NCBI GenBank assembly: GCA_038087875.1
Contig: CM075989.1
Location: forward strand, 17,980,001-18,044,000
Length of the DNA: 64,000 nt
Origin: Malacoraja senta
Lineage: Eukaryota
Direction of reading: 5' to 3'
Part shown: piece by piece, positions 1-11,481 of the stretch
Layout: the number at the start of each line of letters is the position of its first letter
Numbering within the stretch: the first letter of the stretch is position 1
Translations under genes and position numbers: made by a program
The notes under the pieces: generated by a model
Seen by the model: only the letters and a program-made list of their open reading frames with translations
Told to the model about the DNA's origin: nothing
Databases searched by the model: none

Positions 1-492
1 GTGCACCCACAAGATGAATACCGATTTGCTGTTAAATGCCATCCTTATCGTAGATGGCCAAGGCAGCATGGTCTTGGGTGATGTAATGCATCTTGTGGCA
101 GGGTCAGAACAAGGACCCTTCCATAGATCAGCTGACAGAACAGAGCTGGCAAAGCCACACTGCCAGGGCTTTGCTGGCTGTCATGGACATCTGAATGTTT
201 CTTAATTCAAAAGCTTTACAAAAAAACCCAATTAAGTTTCAAATATTAACCACTTAAAAGGGACATTTAAGTTATTAAAAACATTGAACTAAACTCAATT
301 AATGAAAAAATTATGGTCATTTATTGATTTATTTTTTTCTCCCTGTAGCTATTCCTTTCATTGAAATTAGTAGACATTTTGTTTCTGCACTGGTTTTAAC
401 CAGCCACTGATATTTGAAAATTTACTCCAGGCAAGTTTGTCCTCTCCTGCCAGGAGTTGGTGTGTGTTGACTTGGCACTGGAAGCCAATTTT

Positions 493-760
493 GGGCGGCA
501 CAGTGGCGCAGCAGGTAAAGCTGCTGCCTCAACACCGGAGACCAGAGTTCCATCCCGACATTGGGTTCAGTCTACGTGAACTATGCACGTTCTTCCTGAG
601 ACCACGTGCGTTTCCACCCACATCCCAAAGATGCGTGGATTTGTAGATTAATTGGCCTCTATAAATTGCCCCTAGTGTAGGGAGTGAATGCAAATGGGAA
701 TAGTGTGAATGGTTGATTGATGGTCAGCATGGTTTCAGTGGGTCAAAGCATCTGTTTTAG
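493..760 (+). mobile_element. HE1/V-SINE-like tRNA-derived SINE, decayed
   Basis: Head gggcggcacagtggcgcagc and V-domain remnant cccacatcccaaagatg. Confidence 0.7.
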
Positions 761-769
761 GTAACATCC

Positions 770-1110
770 AGAAACACTCCCTTTCCCCATCCCTTCCCTC
801 TCCCACTGAACGCAAGTTGACCAGTTCCACAGTTTGTAATCCCTTTTTGGGATCACATTGTCACTAGCCAACAACCGGTCCATCAGGAAACCTCTTTGCC
901 CGAGGTCATCTGTTGCCAGCCCTGATTTGTCTTGGTCTTAACTTGGACCCAGCCCCACCATCCCTACAATCAGTTTGAAGCAGGGTCCATACCCAAAACA
1001 TCACTTGTCCATTTTCTCTGGAGATTCTGTCTGACCCACTGAACTACTCCAGCATTTTGTGTCTCTCTTGGGAACCCCCCCCCCGCCCCCAGCATTTGCA
1101 GTTCCTTGCA
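770..1110 (+). mobile_element. Penelope-like element 3' fragment with degenerate hammerhead core
   Basis: gtttgaagcagggtccatacccaaaacatcac followed by the conserved ...ctccagcattttgtgtct...cagcatttgcagttcc tail. Confidence 0.65.
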
Positions 1111-1574
1111 ATGCAATTAATAACATGGTTTCAAGAGAGATAGAGGTCTTAGGGAGAGCGAAGTCAAGGGGTATGGAGAGAAGGCAGGAACGGGGTACTG
1201 ATTGCGGATGATCACATTGAATGGCGGTGCTGGCTCAAAGGGCCAAATGGCCTACTCCTGCACCTATTGTCTCTTGAAATCTCTCCCCACAGATGCTGCC
1301 TGTCATGCTGAGTATTTTCTGTGGTTTATATTGCATTCCAAGCATCCGTAGTTTATGTTTAATTGATTGCCCATTTATTGTAATCCTCATGAATTGCAAA
1401 ATGATTTACATCCTCATAAATCTTCTCTGTAGCCTTTACCAACTTGACATCTTTCCTATAACATGGTGCCCAGAACTGAACACAATATTCTAATTGCAGT
1501 CTCACTAGTCTTATACATTGCAACATGACCTCCCAACCTTTGTACTCATGTGGTGCGGGGCTATAGGTAACATT

Positions 1575-2066
1575 CACATCTACCTGATCTCCCGGTTGCT
1601 AAACACCTCAACTCCCCCTCCCATGCCCCCACTGACCTTTCTGTCCTGGGCCTCCTCCATTGTCAGAGTGAGACACAGCACAAATTGGAGGAACAGCACC
1701 TCATATTTCACTTGGGCAGCTTACACCCTAGCGGTATGAACATCGATTTCTCTAACTTCAAGTAACCCTTGCTTTCCCTCTCTCTCTTCCCTTCCCAGTT
1801 CTCCGACCTGTCTTACTGTCTCCGACTACGTTTTATGTTTGCTTTGTTATTACCTATTACAGCTAACAATGACCTATTCTACATTTCCCTTGATCCTCAT
1901 TCCCTTTGTCCTATTTTCACACTCTACACTTCCTTATCTCTGTATCTCCCTCTCCCCTGACATCAGTCTGAAGAAGGGTGTCGACCCGAAACGTCAACCA
2001 TTCCTTCTCTCCAGAGACGCTGCCTGTCCTGCTGAGTTAACTCCAGTATTTGTGTGTCTATCTTCA
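1575..2066 (+). mobile_element. Penelope-like element 3' part (GIY-YIG C-terminal region, 3' UTR, hammerhead module) in SLC24A5 intron 2
   Basis: Encodes remnants of DLSVLGLLHCQSE..KLEEQHLIFHLGSLHPSGMNIDFSNFK*, homologous to the copy at 18579-19174. It ends about 8 bp from the exon 2 donor. Confidence 0.85.
1968..1995 (+). ncRNA. Minimal type-I hammerhead ribozyme core, intact copy
   Basis: CTGAAGA-A-GGGT(gtcg)ACCC-GAAAC-GTC: CUGANGA box, 4-bp stem II with tetraloop, GAAA box, palindromic ACGT stem III and GUC cleavage triplet. Helix I shows only about 2 obvious bp (gt/ac). Confidence 0.65.
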
Positions 2067-2073
2067 CACTTAC

Positions 2074-2253
2074 GTTCACTGATCACCTCCAGGGAGGGGA
2101 GGAAGTATTCTTCACAGACCATGTCTATGGCCAACAGCATGTAGAGAATGACCAGAAAGTGGATGATCACGCCTCCTTCTCTCCTCTCTTCCAACGTAAA
2201 CAGTCCTCCGGGGAACTCAGACGAAGGAGACTTCACACAGTTTGTCGAGTTAT
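2074..2253 (-). CDS. SLC24A5: SLC24A5 coding exon 2 (180 bp)
   Basis: Acceptor ttttacgcag|AT and donor GAAC|gtaagt, phase 1 at both ends. Encodes [60 protein letters not shown], matching the NCKX5 SSEFP..FT..ER..GG and [11 protein letters not shown] motifs. The next exon (LGLSQDVAGATFMA) was not found in 1-2073. Confidence 0.95.
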
Positions 2254-2400
2254 CTGCGTAAAATTGGGGAGGAAAGCGCATAACATTGCAATTGAGCCGC
2301 ATAATTGTCAATACAAACATTGGGCGTCGCCAGAACGTTGTTACAATTGTACTGGGGCTAAACTATCAGCTGCCCAGCGGCGGCAACGAGTGGAACTGAC

Positions 2401-2566
2401 CGGCTACTGTTGCACGGCGGGTCCGCGGAGCGCTGCCCAGCCTGGTGGTCGAGGCGACTTTGTGAACGAGGTGGGTCGTTGCATATAGGAGTAGGCAGAG
2501 CCCCGCCGCCGGGAAGACCACTTTTCTTCTCCTTCTCTTGTGCTCCAAGATGCCGCCTGCACCCAT
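2401..2566 (-). CDS. SLC24A5: SLC24A5 (NCKX5, K-dependent Na/Ca exchanger 5) coding exon 1
   Basis: ATG at 2566 opens MGAGGILEHKRRRRKVVFPAAGLCLLLYATTHLVHKVASTTRLGSAPRTRRATVA: basic cluster, hydrophobic signal segment and RTRR, like the fish NCKX5 N-terminus. It ends at the phase-1 donor G|GTCAGT, in frame with exon 2 (G+AT = Asp). Confidence 0.85.
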
Positions 2567-3309
2567 CGTTGGACCCGCACTGAAAAAACTCGGCACCAAC
2601 TATCTCCAGGTGGTGGGTCCCAAAGATCGGTGGTGGGTCCTGGCCGCAGGTCCACGCTGCAACTAGCAGGCAGCTAATGTGGGGTGGGTGGGTGGGTGGG
2701 GGGGATGAGCCCTGGTCTCCAGCCACTGGGAGAAGCTGGGGGTTCGTGAGCGCCGATCTTTAATTGGAGCGCGTTGGTGCTCAGATGACAAGAATCACGA
2801 GTTGTACAAACTAATGATCTGATTTTCCAGCATCTGCAGTTCCTTCTTTAACACAATGATCTGAGTTTACTGAGTCAATTACCTTGAGGACCAGCGAGTG
2901 AGTGAGATGGGGATGGAGCGATGGCTTGGGGCAGCACACACACACACACACACACTGGACATGTGTTACTTTGTGTTGTGTTAATTACGTAATGTTGTGT
3001 TACTTACGGTAACTTTCAGAAAAGATTAAACAAAAAAACCCTAACGAGGGGTCAAGTCAACCCCTTAATTGAATTTAAGGTTAAATACTGCGCCGATATC
3101 AATGTAAGTACAGTCGGCTCGTCTTCTATAAAAACGCTATTTCCCACAGCCACTTTATTTAAAAAAAAAAAAAAAATTCTTCCATCACAACTATTTCTCG
3201 TGACTGGAGAAATAAATGGGGCTTTCAGGCAAGCCTGTGCGCAGTTAAAGAAGGAATGTCGGCGTGCACCGTCAGTGCGTCAGACACTGGGCAAGACTAG
3301 ACCTCATGT

Positions 3310-3850
3310 TCCTCTGAAGAAGGGTCTCGCCCCTAAACGTCACCCTTTCCTTCTCTCCAGAGATGCTGCCTCACCCGCTGAGTTACTCCAGCACTTTGTG
3401 TCTACCTTCGATTTAAACCAGCATCTGTAGTTCTTTCTTACACATGTCCCTCTTGGTAACTTGCAACCCAACGGTATGAATATTGAGTTTTCCAATTTCA
3501 AGTGATACTCCCCCTCCCCTCTTTCTATTTCACCTGCCCCTCCCTTCCTTCCCCACCTTGTTACAATTGTACTGGAGCTAAACTATTTGCTGTTCCTATC
3601 CTGTCTGAAGAAGGGTCTCGACCCAAAACGTCACCCATTCCTTCCCTCCAGAGATGCTGCCTGTCCCGCTGAGTTACTCAAGCTACTTGTTCCTTTCCCC
3701 TCCCCAGTCACCCTTCTCCCTTCTCCCATGCAGTCCCCGCCCCCCATATCCCTTTTATGTCCCCACTTCTTTCCCTCTCCCTCTCCCGTCCCTTCCCACC
3801 TACACCCCTCAAGCTTTACATTTCACGCCCTTTTGTCTCCTTTTCACCTC
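3310..3850 (+). mobile_element. Cluster of Penelope-like 3' fragments (two hammerhead modules with a mutated GAAA box)
   Basis: Cores at 3314 and 3605, with an ORF-end remnant (LGNLQPNGMNIEFSNFK*) between them. Confidence 0.75.
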
Positions 3851-5705
3851 CAGCCTTTGTCACTTGCCTAACGCGTGACCCCAAACAATTTGCCCTGCTC
3901 CGACCACTTTTTGCAGCGTCTCCCGTCCCCCCCTCTACTCCATTAGTAATTTTCTCCATTGCACGAATGCCCTTGAGGGGGTGGCACAGTTAATGGAGCC
4001 ACCAGATCTAATCCAGACTTCCATTGCTGTCTGTGTGGAATTTGTATGTTGTCAATGGGACTGTGTGGGTTTCCTCCAGGTGCTCTGATTTCCTCCCACA
4101 TCCCAAAGATGTGTGTATCGGTAGGTTGATGAGCAAACCAATAAAGATTTTCGCTGTATCTCACTACACATGACAATAATAAAAGCAGTAACAATGCAGC
4201 TGCATTGATTAGTGATTCCAAACATACAGGAGGTAAAGTTGACGATGACACAAAGGTAGAGAAGGGAGTAAGTTATGAAGAGGACAAGGAGCTGTAGACA
4301 AGTTTGAAGAAGGGTCTCGAGCCGAAACACCACCCATTCCTTCTATCCAGAGATGCTGCCAGTCCTGCTGAGTTTCTCCAGCATTTAGTGTCTATAATCG
4401 AGGTGTAGGTAGGCTCAGTGCATTGGCAAATATCCTACAAATGCAGTGCGATGCTGGATGATGTCAAACATTGCTTTTTGCCAGGAAAAAATAAAATCAA
4501 AAAGATCGAAAAGAGCTCTGAGCTGCTGAGCCACTCATTCCCTGAATGCAGTTATTCAGGTGGAATTATGTAGGAAGGAACTGCAGAGGCTGGGTTACAC
4601 TGAAGATCAGAAACAATCTGCGCTGACCAGTGTTCACCCTCCCTCTGCTTTGACAATGTTCAAGGAACTGTTTCCACACAGCGGGGTGACACAGTTGCGT
4701 TGTGGTAGAGTTGCTGCCTCGCATCGCCAAAGACTTGGGGTCGTTCCTCAACAACCTGCAGTTATTTATTTCAACCATCAAATTTGATCCTGTGAGATTG
4801 CCTTTGTAACAAATTTGTAATATAATATCTTCCTTCCCACCTAATTGAGTGTGGAGAAACATTTCTCAGTCTTGACCAAAGACGAACTTCCCTTCCAGAG
4901 ATGGGACAGAGCTGAATGAGTGAGCTCAGTCCCGGCTTATTTAATAACTAAAAAGTTGAAGCCATCGGGGGACTACTTAACAGAGTCGTTCCCTCGCTGT
5001 ATTTGAGTAATAAGGTAATTAATCAGGGAATAAGTATTCCTTTGGCTTGTTCTGTCATCACCTGTCAAAGAGTACCAGCAGAAACAGGAAGTTTTAATTT
5101 AATTTTGTGGTTTCCTTGTGCCAAAGGGAATGTTAGACTCTTGGTGTGTTAAGAGTCTGGTTGGAATGCTGTATGATGTTTTCATTTGCATGATTTGCAT
5201 CTCAAAGGAGCAGCGACTTATCAAAGACAGACACAAAATACTGGTGGAACTCGGTTTCGGGCTGTGTTTCCAACTCTGAAGGAGGGCCTCGACCTGAAAC
5301 GTCACCCATTCCTTCTCTACACAGATGCTGCCTATCCCGCTGAGTGACTCCAGCATTTTCAAGAGTGGAGTGTTTAACTGTCACATGCACCAGGACAATT
5401 ACATTCCATTTTGCTGCAGCTCGACAGGCACCTGAATGCAATGAGATGCAATTAAACGCAGAATAAATTGAGTTGAGTTTATTGTCACGTGTACCGAGGT
5501 ACAGTAAAAAACTTTAGTTGCGTGCTAACCAGCCACTGAAAAGACAATACATGATTACAATTGAGCCACCCACAGTGTACAGATACATGATAAAGGGAAC
5601 AACGTAACTAATGTTTAGCGTAAGGTAAAGTCCGATCAAAGATAGTCCGAGGGTTTCCAATGGGGTCGATAGTAGTTCAGGACTACTCTCTCGTTGTGGT
5701 TGGAT

Positions 5706-6610
5706 AGAAACATAGAAAATAGGTGCAGGAGTAGGCCATTCGGCCCTTCGAGCCAGCACTGCCATTCAATATGATCATGGTTGATCATCCAAAATCAGTA
5801 CCCCGTTCCCGCTTTCTCCCCATATCCCTTGATTCCATTAGTCCTAAGAGCTATATCTAACTCTCTCTTGAAAACATCCAGTGAATTGGCCTCCACTGCC
5901 TTCTGTGGCGGAGAATTCCACAGATTCATAACTCTCTGGGTGAAAAGGTTTTTCCTCATCCCAGTCCCTTATTCTTAAACTGTGATCCCTGGTTCTAGAC
6001 TCTCCCAGCATCCGGAACATTTTTCCTACATCTAGCCTATCCAATCCCTTAAGAATTTTATATGTTTCTATAAGATATCCTCTCATCCTTCTAAATTCCA
6101 GTGAATATAAGCCCAGTCGACCCATTCTTTCATAATTTGTCAGTTCTGCCATCCCGGGAATTAACCTGGTGAACCTACGCTGCAATCCCTCAATAGCAAG
6201 AATGTCCTTCCCAAATTAGGAGACCAAAACTGCACAATTATTTACTATATATATTAACGATTTAGATGAAGGAATTATATGTAACCTCTCCAAGTTTGTG
6301 GATGTCACTAAACTGACTACTCCAGGTGTGGCCTCACCAGGGCTCTGTACAACTGCAGTAGAACCTCCTTGCTGACTTTGACTGATCCTGTCACTACTTT
6401 CCAAATGCGCTGCTATTACATCTTTAATAATCGACTCGAGCATCTTCCCCACTACTGATGTCAAGCTAACTGGTTTATAATTCCCTGTTTTCTCTCTCCT
6501 TCCTTAAAAAGTGGGGTTACATTAGCTACCCTCCGGTCCACAGGAACTGATCCAGAGTCTATAGAACATTGGAAAATGATCACCCACTCATTCACGATTT
6601 CTAGGGCCAC
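5706..6610 (-). mobile_element. CR1-type LINE 3' fragment, rearranged
   Basis: ORF 5844-6185 (QRRFTRLIPGM..LGLYSLEFRRMRG.LIETYKILKGLDR) is the CR1 ORF2 C-terminus. The 3' tail ggcctactcctgcacctattttctatgtttcta is present. Confidence 0.9.
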
Positions 6611-7187
6611 TTCCTTGATGGTTCTGTTTCCTGTTAAGGGCGGGGAAGAAACTATCCCTGAATCTGGAGGTGTGCGTTTTCACACTTCTATACCTTTTGC
6701 GTCATGGGAGATGGGAGAAGAGGAGCGATTCGCAAAGTAAAGTACACTGTGCAACCAGTATAACGACAAGTCCGCAGTGGTGGGGTGCTGTGATAGGGGT
6801 GAGGTTAGTGATGTGCAGTGTGGTTCAGAAGCCGGATAGTTGCTAGGAAGAAGCTATTTTCGACTCCTTGGGTTACGAGCATTTGTCAGCAATGGAACCC
6901 TACTGTAATCTGGGGGCAACCTGTACTCCACTTGTAGGTGGACTTGTCTTTTATAACTTCATCTCGACATCCTTTTCCTGCCTGCCTATTTATAATGCCC
7001 AGAATGCCTGCCTGCTCTGCTATTTTCATTGAACTTTGCATAGAACCCCTGATCTCCCTGTTATTGTACCATGTTGAGAATTGTACCTCTATATTGACTA
7101 CATTCTTTCTGCTAGAACAGATGGACATCTTGGTTGGCATGGAGTAGTTGGGCCGAAGGGCCTGCTTCTGTCCTGCGTGACTCTATA

Positions 7188-7838
7188 AGGTCATAAGGAA
7201 TAGGAGTAGTTTTAGGCCATTCGGCCGATCAAGTCTACTCCACCATTCAATCATGACTGATCTATCTCTCCCTCCTAACCCCATTCTCCAGCCTTCTCCC
7301 CATAACCTCTGACAAATGTACTAATCAAGAATCTACCTATTTCTGCCTTAAAAATATCCACTGGCTTGGCCTCCACAGCCTTCTGTGGCAAAGAATTCCA
7401 CAGAAATACCTCCCCGCTGACTAAAGACGTGTCCTGCAGTGCTTTACATGTGATACTGAGCTTCTGAGGAATAGTTACTACTGCAGGGTCCCAATGTGCT
7501 CCCAAACATACTGACACGATAACGGCCAGATGAGAACATGCACAGGAATTTAACTTTGCCACCTGTTGTGGACATACTGATAAAGTCATAAAGTCACACT
7601 GCACAAAAACAGGCCCTTCGGTCCAACTTGCCAATAGACAATAGACAATAGGTGCAGGAGTAGGCCATTCGGCCCTTCGAGCCAGCACCGCCATTCAATG
7701 TGATCTTGGCTGATCATCCCCAATCGGTACCCCGTTCCTGCCTTCTCCCCATATCCCCTGACTACGCTATTTTTAAGAGCCCTATCTAGCTCTCTCTTGA
7801 AAGCATCCAGAGAACCGGCCTCCACCGCCCTCTGAGGC
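7188..7838 (-). mobile_element. Two CR1 3'-end fragments
   Basis: LWNSLPQKAVEA..FKAEIGRFL..GYGEKAG and DAFKRELDRAL..GYGEKAGTGY, each with a CR1 tail. Confidence 0.85.
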
Positions 7839-8439
7839 CCTTACTGACCAAGATGTCCCATCGACACTATTCCCACCTGCCTTTGTTTTGTCCATATCCC
7901 TCTAAGCCTTTCCTATACTCTGTATTTTGCACTATTAAGCTTCATTTATCATGCATCAGCCTGTTTATATCTCCCTGAAGTCCATTACTGCCCTCCAGTC
8001 CGTTGCCTCTGGCCAATATTCCCTGAATATTCTGTAGAAGGGTCGCGATCCGAAATGCTGCCTATCTGTGTTGTCCAGAAATGCTGCCTGACCCGCTGAG
8101 TTCCTCCAGCACTTTGGGTCTTTCTCTGTAAGCCAGCATCTGCAGTTCTTTGTCTCTCCTTTGTACCCTGCGCATCGCGGTTGTCAATGTACAAGGAGCA
8201 ACAGTGCACCTGATAGCCACTGGGGACCGCCACCAAGCACTTATCCCCATCTCCAGAATCGCCCATTCACTGCCACAGTTTCCAGCTCGCTACAAGATCT
8301 TTGGTTTCCAGAGCCTGTGACTGATCCCTTGGTCTGCAGTCACCCAATCACACTAATCCTACAGTAATCCCAGTACTCATTATCATCAGTCCCCCTAGAT
8401 TCTACACTTGCTTGCAGTAGAGGCCAAATAAGGTGCATT

Positions 8440-9130
8440 GATGCATGGATCTGGAGGAATGAAGGCATATGGATCATTAGGCAGAGGCAATAAGTTTAAC
8501 TTGGCATGTTGGCCTTCATCAATCATGGTATTGTGTAGAGAAGTTTGGGACGGTATGTTACAGTTGTATAAGACGTTGGTGAGGCCACACCGGGAGTACT
8601 GTGTTCAGTTTTGGTCACCCTGGTCTCAGAAGGATGTCATTGAGCTAGAAAGGCATAGAGAAGATTTACGAGGATGTTGCCAGGACTTGGGGGGTGGGGG
8701 GTGGGGGGTGGGGGGGGGGGGGCCTGAGCTACAAGGAGAGGCCAGGCCGGCTGGGACTTTGGCATGTAGGAGGTTGCAGGGTGATCTTATAGAGGTGTGT
8801 ACAATCATGGGGGGAAATAGATCAGGTGGAGTCTCTTGTGGAGGCCCAGTGGAAGGGAATGCAGTCTTTTACCCAGAGGTGGGGAATCAAGAATCAGAAG
8901 ACAAAGGTTTAAGGTGAGTGGGGCAAATTTGTCACTTGAGATGTGGATGAGTTGCCAGATGAGGTAGTTGAAGCAGATGCCAAATACATTTGGACAGGCA
9001 CATGGATACGAAGGGTTTTGAGGGATATCTGCCAAATGCAGGTAGTTGGGACAACCTTAGATGGCACATTTTGGTCAGCATGGTTGAGTTGGGCTGAAGG
9101 GCCTGTTTCCGTGCTGCATGACTTTGATTC
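8440..9130 (+). mobile_element. Decayed CR1 LINE fragment
   Basis: MLQLYKTLVRPH.EYCVQFWSP..KDVIELE motif of CR1 ORF2. Confidence 0.85.
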
Positions 9131-9479
9131 TAATAATGGAGCAAGTTATAGATATGGAACACATGACCAGATGTTGTAGATATTATTGTACAAAGTGGGA
9201 CAGGGGCTTTACTTGAAGTTATTGAAATCAATGTTCACAGCACCGTGTTGTCAGTTGCCTAAGCATTTCGTGTCCAGCTCGGTGTCAGAATGCAGCTGAG
9301 CGGTCGTTTAACGAATGGATTTCCCAAAAGAGCTTGGTCTGCCTCGATGTCAGTGCCATTTTGAATAAACTAATAAAGGCAGCTTGAAGATGAGATAAAG
9401 AATAAAAGATTATTGAGAATGATAAATTCAAACAGTTCAGAATTAAAAAGATAAGGGAAACCAGGAACAAAGCTCGTCA

Positions 9480-10180
9480 AGAGTGTTTTATTGCCAAATG
9501 TCCCGGAGGGGACAATGAAATTCTTACTTGCTGCAGTGCAACAGAATATGTGAATATGTAAACATAGTACGTAACGGTGGAAAAGAAAAAAAAATGAAAA
9601 AGTTCAATAAATAACAAATGTAGTGCAAATAACAAATAATGATGTAGTCTTTTGCAGTTCAGAGCTCATAGCTTATTTGTTGTTGTGTTTAATAGCCTGA
9701 TGGCTGTGTGGAAGAAATGGTTCCTGAACCTGGATGTTACAGTTTTCAGGCTCCTGTACCTTCTTCCTGATGGCAGTGGTGAGATGAGTGTGTTGCCAGG
9801 ATGGTGTGGGTCCTTGATGATTTTGGCTGCCTTTTTGAGGCAGCGACTACGATAGATCCCTTCGACGGTGGGGAGGTCAAAGCCGGTGATGGACTGGGCA
9901 GTGATCACAACTTTTTGTAGTCATTTTCGCTCCTGGACGTTCAAGTTGCCGAACCAGGCCACGATGCAACCAGTCAGAATGCTCTCTACTGTGCACCTGT
10001 AGAAGTTTAGGAGAATCCTCTTTGACATGCCGAATCTCCGTAATCTTCTCAGGAAGTAGAGTCGCTGATGTGCCTTCTTTATAATTGCATCGGCGTGCTG
10101 GGTCCAGGGAAGATCTTCAGAAATATGCACGCCCAAGAATTTGAAGTTATTGACCCTCTCCACCATCGTCCCATTGATAT
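9480..10180 (-). mobile_element. Rex1/Babar-type LINE 3' fragment
   Basis: VERVNNFKFLGVHISEDL.WTQH..AIIKKAHQRLYFLRRLRRF..FYRCTVESILTGCI.AWFGN and IIKDPHHPG..PLPSGRRYRSL; the tail ends ...ggcaataaaacactcttgac. Confidence 0.85.
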
Positions 10181-10309
10181 GAATAGCTGGAATGGTTTTG
10201 CAGTAGGCATGGCTTTACTAAAAAGCTATCCGCAGATTTAACGATTATAAATCCTCGAAAGGACCCAAACTCCATGGGTTGGGCAGCATCTCTGGAGAAC
10301 ACCGCATAT

Positions 10310-10705
10310 TTGGGTTTAGAAAGTCGAGGGGGGACCTCATTGAAACTTACAGAATAATGAAAGGCATAGATAGAGTGAATGTGGAAAGGATGTTTCCACT
10401 GGTGGGAGAGTCTCGGACCAGAGGTCACAGCCTCAGGATTAAAGGGCGCTCTTTTAGGTGAGGAGGAAATTCTTTAGTCAGAAGGTAGTTAATCTGTGGA
10501 ACTCATTGCCACGGAGGGTTGTGGAGGCCAAGCCAGTGGATATTTTTTAAGCAGAGGTAGACAAATTCCTGATTGGAACGGGTGTCAAGGGCTATGGGGA
10601 GAAGCAGGAAAATGGGATTAGGGGGCAGGGATCAGCCATTATTGAATGGCGGAGTGGACTCGATGGGCCGAGTGGCCTAATTCTGCTCCTATAATATGTT
10701 AACTT
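10310..10705 (+). mobile_element. CR1 LINE 3' fragment
   Basis: RGDLIETYRIMKGIDRV..MFPLVGESRTRGHSLRIKG plus the CR1 tail. Confidence 0.85.
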
Positions 10706-10984
10706 ATGTTCTTCCATTCAATTGACCAATACTTATGTGATAAGTTGTTGTTTCTTTCTGATTAAAAAAAATATTTTTTTGGTTTAATGCTCAGGTTGTC
10801 TTCATCGAGGATTGAGCTGGTTTAGACTGTGAGGACTATCGAGTGTGGACCGTGAGAGGTGAGTTGATGTTTTGCTGCGTTGCTCAGTAGTGAGCGTGGC
10901 TTGGCGGGGGGGGGGGTTGAGGATCAGTGGTTATTCTGTTGTCAGCCACGCTGCCCTGTGGTCTGGGCTGAGTTGCGGTGGCTG

Positions 10985-11234
10985 AAAGATAAATGTATTC
11001 AATTATGACAAAACATAATATTTACAAACCGAACAGTGACAACACACCCAGCACCGTAATACAAAAATCACTAAAATTTATCTTATCACTAAATCTCAAA
11101 TAAATAATTTCACTATCCTAGTCAAGGATGCCGTTAACCCCCCTGTGGTGCCCAGCGGTCCCGGAAATCTTCCAGGGTGCCCGTGGACAGTTCGTATTCT
11201 CTCTCTCGGGACGCCCGGGAGCGGACGTACCCCT
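10985..11234 (-). mobile_element. Tx1-like LINE 3' fragment
   Basis: The minus strand reads GYVRSRASREREYELSTGTLEDFRDRWAPQG, resembling the Tx1 ORF2 C-terminus, followed by an AT-rich UTR. Possible TSD GTGGCTG at 10978-10984 and 11235-11241. Confidence 0.6.
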
Positions 11235-11280
11235 GTGGCTGCTTAAGATTCCACAGGGCTAGACACACACTGGATTTTAA

Positions 11281-11481
11281 AGGGCCTGTCCCACTTGGGC
11301 GTCATTTGTGCGTCACGCAGATGGCGCGCGAAGATTTTGTGCATCCCAAAATCCTGGGGCGCCGCGCGTGACCGCACGTCACTGCCTACGTCACCACGCA
11401 CCATGCGTGCGTCGTGCGTCGTGACGCGTAAATGATATCGCGTAAATGATGCGCAAATTACGCCCAAGTGGGACAGGCCCT
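11281..11481. mobile_element. PIF/Harbinger-like MITE
   Basis: About 33-bp TIRs AGGGCCTGTCCCACTTGGGCGT... / ...ACGCCCAAGTGGGACAGGCCCT; flanks TAA and TCA; CpG-rich interior. Confidence 0.8.
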
